Assembly (NCBI GenBank): GCA_024626585.2
Contig: JANKJI020000001.1
Span: forward strand, 15,550,606 to 15,578,674
Direction: 5' to 3'
Origin: Ginkgo biloba
Taxonomy: Eukaryota > Plantae > Ginkgophyta
DNA length: 28,069 bases
The translations under genes were made by a program, and so were the position numbers. Positions 11,809-21,354 of this stretch are shown piece by piece. Position 1 is the stretch's first letter, and each line of letters opens with the position of its first letter. Below the pieces are notes generated by a model that worked only from the letters and a program-made list of their open reading frames with translations, did not search any database and was not told the origin of the DNA.

Positions 11809-13260
11809 GGAAAATTCTCAAAAATAGATTATTGAGATGAGTATTAATATTCATCACTAAGGGAAAGAAGGTTTTATTAATATTACTATTAATAAATCTA
11901 GATTATGATTTCATTATTAGGATCATTCTCCACTTTACTTTACAAAAAGAGTTTCTTACTATCTCTATAATAGTCTTCCATTTTATATTGAACTATGAGC
12001 AAAGAAATTTGATTCTAACATTTTAGTATTATAAGCCTACATATTAAAAATAGATCCACTCCTTATTCAAATGTGTTAAAATAAAATCAAATTTACAAAT
12101 GAAGTATGATTTTATTTCCATTATTTAAACTAAAACACTAAAACTTGTCCAAGTATGATAAGTTGAGGTTTGTTCAAAACTAATACATTATTAATGCATT
12201 CTCATAAAGAGTTTAGATATGTTACAAGATCATAAGTGATTCGTAAAGAGATATCCTTTACCAATAAGATATCATATAAGATATGCTCAATAGATAGTTC
12301 AAATTTATGGTCTATAACAATAACACCTGATGAGGTGGAAAAATAAATAATGGAACCATAGCCATCATTGTTTACATAGTGCACATTGCAAATCAATAGA
12401 TTTCATAGTCATATAAATCCAAATATCTTTCAACACCTAATTTGTTTATATATATTTTCTATTATGAAGTTGTAGGTATCATATGTATACTAGAATGTGC
12501 CATATATAAATTTTATCTATAATTTATGATAGTCTCTTTAGCTTTTACAAAATTAATTTTAACCATAACCTTCACCAAAAATAATCTATGTTCATTTGTA
12601 GCATCTTAGTTTATAGGGAACATATATTCANNNNNNNNNNNNNNNNNNNNNNNNNNNNNNNNNNNNAAAAAAAAAAGTCTCATTTTAGTTCCTTTATAAT
12701 ATATTTAGAATATGGTAGTATAATTCCAAGCATTATCTAAAGTGTTAGTTCAACATGTAGGTGAATATTTGAGTCTCTTAATTTACTTGAAAAGGTTGTT
12801 GTTTAATAATAATTACATCACTTTATTGGTGGTAAGAAACATGTAGTTTTATGTTGCACGTTATTATATGTTTCTATGAAAANNNNNNNNNNNNNNNNNN
12901 NNNNNNNNNNNNNNNNNNNNNNNNNNNNNNNNNNNNNNNNNNNNNNNNNGGAATTTATAGTCACCAATAATTAAGAAAAAAAATATTTCTATAATACTCT
13001 ATAAATAGAAAGTAGATCAAAGAAATGAATATTTCTATGTTTTTATTATTAATTATATATACTATTAGTATTTATGTAATCTCGATTTGATAATTAGATA
13101 TTTTAGCATAATAATATTTCCAATACATAAGAAAGTTTAGTAATGGAAACATGAATATAGCATGCTCATTTACTAGGAGAANNNNNNNNNNNNNNNTACC
13201 AAACCTACACTTCCTTCAAAAACTAAGATCTAAGTCAACAAATGGTTATTTTTTTCTTCA
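11809..13260 (+). mobile_element. Canonical Helitron RepHel remnant (Helitron_like_N / Rep region)
   Basis: Collinear decayed motifs: 12313 YNN-TPDEV (YNxPTxDEVA); SHINPN..QHLI (IxxxHPxYxxLQYPL); 12822 FIGGKKHV (SFxGGPRxM), preceded by GE...KRL; 13078 NLDLIIRYF (RPDLxxRVF); 13199 PNLHFL (GLPHAHIL HUH motif). Many stops and frameshifts. Confidence 0.65.
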
Positions 13261-14435
13261 TTTCCATATTTATAATATTTTCATTCTTATGTTTAGATAA
13301 AGGAAAATAAAAAATAAACCATTTGTCAATGGAAATCAACTTTATATATTTGTAAATATTAAGTAAATTATTTTCCTAAGAACAATTATAGGATAATTTT
13401 TCATTTGACATTTTCTAAAGTATTAGCATATGAANNNNNNNNNNNNNNNNNNNNNNNNNNNNNNNNNNNNNNNNNNNNNNNNNNNNNNNNNNNNNNNNNN
13501 NNNNNNNNNNNNNNNNNNNNNNNNNNNNNNNNNNNNNNNNNNNNNNNNNNNNNNNNNNNNNNNNNNNNNNNNNNNNNNNNNNNNNNNNNNNNNNNNNNNN
13601 NNNNNNNNNNNNNNNNNNNNNNNNNNNNNNNNNNNNNNNNNNNNNNNNNNNNNNNNNNNNNNNNNNNNNNNNNNNNNNNNNNNNNNNNNNNNNNNNNNNN
13701 NNNNNNNNNNNNNNNNNNNNNNNNNNNNNNNNNNNNNNNNNNNNNNNNNNNNNNNNNNNNNNNNNNNNNNNNNNNNNNNNNNNNNNNNNNNNNNNNNNNN
13801 NNNNNNNNNNNNNNNNNNNNNNNNNNNNNNNNNNNNNNNNNNNNNNNNNNNNNNNNNNNNNNNNNNNNNNNNNNNNNNNNNNNNNNNNNNNNNNNNNNNN
13901 NNNNNNNNNNNNNNNNNNNNNNNNNNNNNNNNNNNNNNNNNNNNNNNNNNNNNNNNNNNNNNNNNNNNNNNNNNNNNNNNNNNNNNNNNNNNNNNNNNNN
14001 NNNNNNNNNNNNNNNNNNNNNNNNNNNNNNNNNNNNNNNNNNNNNNNNNNNNNNNNNNNNNNNNNNNNNNNNNNNNNNNNNNNNNNNNNNNNNNNNNNNN
14101 NNNNNNNNNNNNNNNNNNNNNNNNNNNNNNNNNNNNNNNNNNNNNNNNNNNNNNNNNNNNNNNNNNNNNNNNNNNNNNNNNNNNNNNNNNNNNNNNNNNN
14201 NNNNNNNNNNNNNNNNNNNNNNNNNNNNNNNNNNNNNNNNNNNNNNNNNNNNNNNNNNNNNNNNNNNNNNNNATGGAAACCATTTTCCATAAGAATGTAC
14301 TTATGTATTTGTGTATATACATACATAAAAATACAAACTTGTGTTCTTATGTAAAAAAAAATCTAATGACATATGTATAAGCTTAATCATTTATATTATT
14401 ATCTAAAAAATAAGAATTCAACAATTTATTGACCC

Positions 14436-14602
14436 TAATGGTGGGTTCATGTCCAAGTTATATTTGATTACCTATTTAATGGTGGAACCATGACAATCCA
14501 CCATTTCATGATAGTAGAGTACACAATCATGATATGGTGGAGAGACATGGTTTCATAATCATAGAGGCAATTATAGTTGACTTGGACATGAGTCCACCAT
14601 TA
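14436..14602. repeat. 167-bp imperfect palindrome / fold-back (MITE-like)
   Basis: The left terminus taatggtgggttcatgtccaagtta matches the reverse complement of the right terminus, taatggtggactcatgtccaagtca, at 22/25. Pairing continues without gaps for about 77 bp per arm to a ~13-nt centre (agtagagtacaca). Confidence 0.9.
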
Positions 14603-15339
14603 CAAAATTAATCAAAGTCAAAATGGATCTATACCATCATAAAGATTTATATGGAAGGTAGGGTGATATATAAATAGAATTATTACTTTTATATATAATA
14701 GTACCCACATGTATATGTACATACTCAAATCTATACTTATATCTAAGAATTCAAGTGATTATACATATCTGCTCAATTATATATATTATTATATAAAAAT
14801 AAAAAACTTATTTGTCAATCAACCCTAATGATGTACCCATATTTATTACCTCTTTTATTACCTATATATTAGGCATAACCAATTCCATCAATGGTGAATC
14901 GTGATTGGATATCTTCCTTGATTCCTTGATCATTTTATAAGTTACTATCCTAAATTTTATTATTGTGGTTTGTAAAATAATCACTAATACATATAAATAT
15001 GCCTTTTGTCAACATGGATGAGTTGTCAACATACTAATAATATGATCTCACTCCCATCAATGTCCATCATAATTCCTATTAATCACAGTTCTCGCTAATC
15101 TCAAGCATAAATCTTATCATTGTTCATCAATTCTTATTAAGAAATATTTATTCTATAATATTTATAATATACTCATTTTCCCACTTGCATACTTAGTATA
15201 AAGAATCAATGACTACTTCACTCATACTATAATATAGTTGATCTTCTACTAAATCAATTGAGGATCCTGTATATTTATCTTTATTCTTATATATTTTCCT
15301 ACCTAAACTACTATGTATAATTTATTTTCAATCTCCCAT

Positions 15340-15518
15340 AATTGATTCTATTTGACTTGAGTAATATATTATTTAATTCAATATACATTAACTATTCATT
15401 TACTATGGAGAGTATATATCTTAATCACTCTATTGTCAAATAACTAGTGGATTATGTATGGTCCTAACCATCTAATGTTAAGATTACTTGGGTTCTTATT
15501 ATACTTAGTCGTATTAAA
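15340..15518 (-). mobile_element. Ty3/gypsy (non-chromovirus, Athila/Tat-like) integrase C-terminal fragment
   Basis: The reverse strand reads TTKYNKNPSNLNIRWLGPYIIH*LFDNRVIKIYTL...IVNVY*IK*Y, matching the GPY/F module 'KxPGKLxxRWLGPYxI...VNGxRLKxY'. Confidence 0.7.
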
Positions 15519-15618
15519 NNNNNNNNNNNNNNNNNNNNNNNNNNNNNNNNNNNNNNNNNNNNNNNNNNNNNNNNNNNNNNNNNNNNNNNNNNNNNNNNNN
15601 NNNNNNNNNNNNNNNNNN

Positions 15619-16050
15619 CTAAATTTCAACACTTTGATTTGGTAAGACCACTATTAGGATTTTCCCTGGATGTCATTTAAAATTTTTACATCATTGTAGA
15701 CCATAATTATATAGCTTAAATACTTAGAATAACATGATGCATAAATTGTAGAGATTAGTTTATAAAATAGTAATTTCATGGAGTTGTTAAGGATACACTT
15801 TATTGATGCAAAGTAAGTCTTCATGGTTATGTAGATGCAAACTCGGTAGCCCACCTTATAAAAAATTTATTACATACATATTCTTAGTAATAGAATAATA
15901 TCATGGTCTAATGCCATTTGTGCCTCACTCTTTAACACTCAATGGTAATTTGATTCCATTATATCTCATTTTGTTACATGTAACCAAAGCCAACGTAGAT
16001 GGAAAATATCAATTCAGATAATTTAGCAACTATTTGACCCTTGGATCACT
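15619..16050 (-). mobile_element. Ty3/gypsy integrase C-terminal fragment, possibly reaching a chromodomain start
   Basis: The reverse strand reads YKVGYRVCIYITMK..FASIKCILNNSMKLLF...DVKILND (cf. FxVGDxVWLxL...GPFxIxxxIxxNAxxLxL...ExILD). Highly decayed. Confidence 0.4.
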
Positions 16051-16319
16051 TACGATAACTAAAAGGGAAAATTAACATATAATAACTATTCCACATGTAA
16101 TTAATTTAGAATGAAGAAACAAATTTGGGTTACTATGTAGACAAAAAGAAACACTCATAAAGATCAATAAAAAAAAGCTCTGCTAGGTTGATTAAAAAAA
16201 ATTTATAAGCTCAATGCTTCAAAGATGGGAAAGAAGCTTAGGGAAGGCATCAATTAATTTGCATGAAGAATAGAGTTAAGAAATTTTTTTTATAGTAGGT
16301 AGGATTTAAATTCCTTTCG

Positions 16320-16688
16320 ATGGCTACTACGGAGCCATTAGGCTATTTGTTGTTTGGCGCTTAGGCTCTCATACCCTTTAAAGTTCAATATAGGCCATAG
16401 ATAGAGCAAGATGGCACCTAAAAAAGCCTAAAAAATTATACCTAAGGTATTCCACGAGGTGAGCCCACTACTCCTCCTCTTCCTCTTATTGTAGCATTAG
16501 ATATTAATAAGTTTGATACTATCACTTATGATTTTGCCTCAATAACGTTCATTGGATATTTCATGGGTCAGCCTCCACTTGAGCTCACCCTATGTCAATG
16601 GGTGAAAGAGGCATAGCAAACTTTTGTTGATAAATAATCAACGATAAAATAATATTGTGGTATTAATATTCATCAGGATATAAAAGGT
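16320..16688 (+). mobile_element. Second LINE ORF1 N-terminal (DUF4283-like) fragment
   Basis: 16548: FIGYFMGQPPLELTLCQWVKEA* matches the DUF4283 start 'LIGxFxGxxPxxxxLxxWVxxxW'. There is a candidate ATG at 16320, and the fragment is cut by a 100-N gap. Confidence 0.5.
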
Positions 16689-17075
16689 NNNNNNNNNNNN
16701 NNNNNNNNNNNNNNNNNNNNNNNNNNNNNNNNNNNNNNNNNNNNNNNNNNNNNNNNNNNNNNNNNNNNNNNNNNNNNNNNNNNNNNNNATTTTATAACTT
16801 AGTGACCCCCCTGGGCTCCCTCATTTCTATGGTTAAGTCCATTTTTGCTGCTCCATTGAACCATTATCATAATCGTCCAAATATTAGAAAAACTAAAATG
16901 GTTATAATCATGGTCTCCCCTAAGAACACGTCAGGGTCATAGAGCCTTTCTTTTCCTTCCTAGATCATTTTTTTTTCTCCTTTATCAACTAAGAGAGAAA
17001 TTTCTCACCCAGGACAAGGGTGCGATTGGATCCCAACTTCTTTCTTTTCCTCCCTAAATGGTTTTTCTTCTCTTA

Positions 17076-17378
17076 TGCTAGAATTATTTAATGCAATTTA
17101 ATTTTTTGGATTAAGGGCCATTGAGATACAAAAAGTTAGGAAGGATGTCAAGAGTCTAGATGTGAAAGGTCATTCTCCAAAACTAAAGAGTGATTGTAAT
17201 GCCTTTATATTGGAGATGGTTTATTAGGTGCTTATTTGTTACTAGTTAGAGTGGGTCCCCGATGCTATTTTATGGATATTGTAAGTTGGTACCATCATGA
17301 ATAATAATGTTTATTTCTCTAATATTTTTGCGATTACTTTGGTGTTTATCTGTGATTATTGACTTTTAAATTTTAATA
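17076..17378 (+). repeat. 5' LTR
   Basis: Aligns end to end with 18676-18981. Hand count: 20 mismatches in the first 115 ungapped positions. Confidence 0.9.
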
Positions 17379-17391
17379 TGGTGTCATATCC
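17379..17391 (+). promoter_or_regulatory. Primer-binding site, tRNA-iMet type (decayed)
   Basis: tggtgtcatatcc matches the canonical TGGTATCAGAGCC at 10/13. It begins exactly where LTR-LTR similarity ends. Confidence 0.75.
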
Positions 17392-18665
17392 TAGATAATT
17401 TTGGTTCTGGCTCCATTTGTGGTCAGTTTTCAAGTTTGGATCTATGATTTTGGTTTTATGGTTTTAATCTGTAAGTTACATCTTTGAAGGCTATTTAAAT
17501 TTTTAAGGGTTTGTGCTAGAATTTTGGTATAGAAATCCAAATCCTTGTGTCCTGTTGTTGTTGGTTTATGTTGTGAAGATTTGATATTCCTACCCTGCAC
17601 TATGAGCAATTTTTTGTGACCTAATAGTTATTTTATTCTTACATCTTATTTTCATAGTTTGTGTAATTTATAATTTTAAAGGTTACCTCTGTGGTTAAAT
17701 ACCTATGAATTTTCATGTTAATTTTACCTAAGTTTGCAGTGTGAAGATTCATTGTAGATGTTTGTGACCAAAGATCATGTTGAAGGTTTATGGACGAGAT
17801 TCATAGAGAATTTATCAAACCCTATGGTGATATAATTATTTTTAGTGAAAGAAAATGGCTAGGGTTTGGGCGACCATATATGTGATAGGTTAATGTAAAT
17901 ATATTCGTTGGCTAAGTGTCTCCATTAGTGAAGAAGAAATTGCATCATTGCAAATTGTGAACCTATTGTAAAGGTCGATGTAGCATTGAAAGAGCTTAGA
18001 AATCCTATGATGAATGATACTAGTACAAATAGGCATCCCAAGGTTGAAAGTGGCTCCATTAAAAGGTGATGATATTCAGAGTTAGCCATTGAGGTAAATA
18101 ATACAGTAGTATTAGGCAACCCTGGGTGACCTCATGTGGAGACATGGACTATTATATAACTGAGGATAAGGACACCAGGAGTAGTATATGATGTAAAGAG
18201 AGTAAAATGATGAAGATCAAATGGCATTGAATCTATATAGTGGTTGTGTCTCAAGCATAGAGGATGAGATCTGAATAAGTAAATGATCGACAAAGATGGA
18301 TCTTAAATAACTTAGTGACTCTAATCGATGCACACAGGGATCCAGATCACCATGGAGAGTTGTAGATCGATCAATGAAGAATTTAAATGATGGTGACAAA
18401 AATGAACAAGCAGGGGTTTGAAATTAATTTTTTTTAATTTTTTAAATTCTAAGTAAAATTTAACTATATTTTAGAATTGTTTGAAATCCATCACTTTACC
18501 CCCCTATGTATTGAAAACCATGGTCACATGACTATATGGTGTTAAATCATTTAAAACATCTTTTGGTGTGTAAAATTTTGGTCATATGGGATATGTTATA
18601 TCGATTGTTGATTTCAGGGTGAGTTATGATCCAATTTATTAATGTTTATTGTAGAATATTAGTGT

Positions 18666-18674
18666 AAGGGGGGA
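18666..18674 (+). promoter_or_regulatory. Polypurine tract
   Basis: aagggggga-t lies immediately before the TGTTG start of the 3' LTR, resembling the common Copia 'AAGGGGGAGATTGTTG' junction. Confidence 0.8.
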
Positions 18675-18675
18675 T

Positions 18676-18981
18676 TGTTGAAATTATTTAAAGTAAATTA
18701 ATATTTCGGATTAAGGGTCATCAGGATACGAAAGGTTAGGAGGAATGTCAAGAGTCTGGATGTGAAAGGTCACTATCCAGAACTAAAGAGTCATTATTTA
18801 GTCCTTCTATTGGAGAGGATGGTTTATTGGGTGCTTATTTATTACTGATTTGAGAAGGTACCTAGTGCTAATTTGTGGATATTATAAGTTAGTACCACCA
18901 TGAATAAAGTATTTATTCTCCAATGTTATTATGACTTTATTCTAGAGTTATTTTATGATACTTGACTTTTGAATTTTAATA
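18676..18981 (+). repeat. 3' LTR
   Basis: Starts tgttg after the PPT and ends ...gacttttgaattttaata, matching the 5' LTR end ...gacttttaaattttaata. Confidence 0.9.
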
Positions 18982-20464
18982 AATTTTAGCTAGAAATTTT
19001 TGGCCATCCACTACCTCACCAAGATATTTTATTTTTTACCTTTGATAGTGTAGATTTTGTAAACCAGGTACTAATTCGAGGGCCCTAAATATGCAAAAGA
19101 AACTTGGTAGTGTTAAACGTTTAGGCAGTTGATTTCTCTATTAAGAATTTTGTGTCATTTTCATGCCTAGTCTAGGTTAATTTTCTTAGAGTCCCTTTAC
19201 CTATGGGTGATATGCTTGGCGATATAGTCCCCCATAGGAAATTTTATTTTTCATGAATTCCATCAAATGAACAACCCTTAGACTCATAAGAGGGTTTGTG
19301 TATAGGTGGGCCCATCCAAAAACCTACCATCAAAATTTATTCTATCCTTTAGTAGTAATAGATACATTCATTAGTCAATCAGGTATTTGAACATTCTTAA
19401 TATTTATTTCCTCTACCATATCACTAAGCACATGATCAAATAGTATTCCATGATGACCAAAAGCAATATGCAAACCCCAACTCCTACTCTAGTGAATGAA
19501 CTATCCAATAATAAAAGTCAAATTGAGTCCAAATATCCCTCTAACTCCTNNNNNNNNNNNNNNNNNNNNNNNNNNNNAATGGAAATTTATAAATTCTAAG
19601 GATAAAGACTCCATTAGAACATCCAATGCACCTATAAGTCAACCTATGCATAATAACACACCAAAGAGGAATGTGCCTCCCAAGGAATAGTCATCCAAAT
19701 ATCAACTGTTCCTTATGTTATCCCTCCTACTAAGAATTCTTATAGTGGGTAGAAGCACATCCCAAAATACAAAAATAGAAATAGGATTTGTTATTATTCT
19801 CCTTTACCACCCTCAGAACCCTAGACAATGTTACTATCTCAAGCTGTCAAAGGTGCCAGTGGAGTGAAATTGTGGACCAATATTGTACCATATATAAAAA
19901 GATGAGAGAAACTATAGAAACCTTGAAAACCCCATATTAGTGTTATTTAACCTAGGGGATAAAAAATAGGGGATCATGGATTATGAATTTTTCTCTCTTT
20001 CTTAATAATTAAGTGCATTAGTTAGAATGTGTGCAAGATTTATAACCCATGCAGAAAAAGCATAATGAAGATATTGAGATTTAAAAACAAAGATATTTTA
20101 GTACTTTGTCTATATGAAGTAAAATTAGTAGGCTTNNNNNNNNNNNNNNNNNNNNNNNNNNNNNNNNNNNNNNNNNNNNNNNNNNNNNNNNNNNNNNNNN
20201 NNNNNNNNNNNNNNNNNNNNNNNNNNNNNNNNNNNGGGACCTTTCAACACCGCTTTTATCTTAATCAAAAAAATATATATTTATACTAAAATATAATTAC
20301 ATCTTCTTATATACTATTTCCTTCTTATAACACTTATAATTTTTATTTAATCAAAGAGAATATGAAAAATTTTATTATATTTATTTACAAGTTAACCAAT
20401 GCATATTAGTTAGTGATAATATATAAATTATTCTATTATAGAAAATATACATAGGTATATTTAT

Positions 20465-20595
20465 TAAATTTGGGTTCAATGACTTAATAGGTATATTATA
20501 ATGTGGTTCCAATTATATCAGCTACACTACATTGCATGTTGATTATAAAATACAAAGGGTTGTATATAATTGTTGGATTTTTATTTATATACAAT
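20465..20595 (+). repeat. Direct repeat, copy 1 (~130 bp, offset 659)
   Basis: Shares attataaaatacaaagggttgtatataatt and flanking similarity with 21124-21254. Confidence 0.85.
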
Positions 20596-21123
20596 TGTAT
20601 ATTATATAAAAATAGTTTGAAAAATTACTTAGATGTACAAAATAAGGAGTGGAAAAAAATAAGTTTAAAAGCCTATATAGGGTATTATTTATTAGTTCTA
20701 TCACGTAGGTGTTTTAATAATTTATAACTATATGACCCCCTAGACCTCACCTCACCATCATCCATAAGGTAATAAAGTGTATGAGAACCAAGAAGCTATA
20801 TTAGACCATATGGAAATCACATTTGTTGATTTATGTTTTAATAAATTTACTACAACTTCATATTTATATTTTAGGTAATGTATTATAAATTCTTGATTGC
20901 ACACATAATTTAACATCACACAATTTGTTATCAAGGTTCCTAATCTTATGTGATGTTTTCAAATATTAAATTAAGGATATTGAGCAAGACTGGAAGGAAA
21001 TTAAAAAGTCTTAATCTTTACGGTTTGGAATTCTATGTGAAAATCATGCATCTAAATTGTACATCAGGTGATTGTTAAGTTATTGATAATATTTATTATT
21101 CATATATCCATAGTTATGCTTCT

Positions 21124-21254
21124 TTAATTTAGGGTCAGTGACTTCACAAATATGTTACAATATGGGTCAAATTACACAAGTTATATTACATTGTATGTTA
21201 ATTATAAAATACAAAGGGTTGTATATAATTATTAGATATTAATTTATATACAAT
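21124..21254 (+). repeat. Direct repeat, copy 2 (truncated by gap)
   Basis: Ungapped alignment to 20465-20595; runs into the 100-N gap at 21255. Confidence 0.85.
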
Positions 21255-21354
21255 NNNNNNNNNNNNNNNNNNNNNNNNNNNNNNNNNNNNNNNNNNNNNN
21301 NNNNNNNNNNNNNNNNNNNNNNNNNNNNNNNNNNNNNNNNNNNNNNNNNNNNNN

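Larger units (their letters stand above)
17076..18981 (+). mobile_element. Complete short non-autonomous LTR retrotransposon (TRIM/LARD-like, probably Copia-derived), 1906 bp
   Basis: Two ~305-bp direct repeats start with TG and end TA (decayed CA). A PBS-like motif follows the first and a PPT precedes the second. The 1.3-kb gap-free interior has no recognisable pol. No TSD remains (tctta vs aattt). Confidence 0.85.

Noticed and set aside
13405-14380. Four ~300 aa ORFs
   Set aside because: Almost entirely N; assembly gap artefact.
15444-15645. ORFs bridging the two integrase tails as one element
   Set aside because: They span a 100-N gap, and both sides appear to encode the same integrase C-terminal module from different lineages.
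19440-19930. Pro/Asn-rich stretch resembling a Tat/Ogre gag N-terminus
   Set aside because: Compositional impression only; no diagnostic motif.
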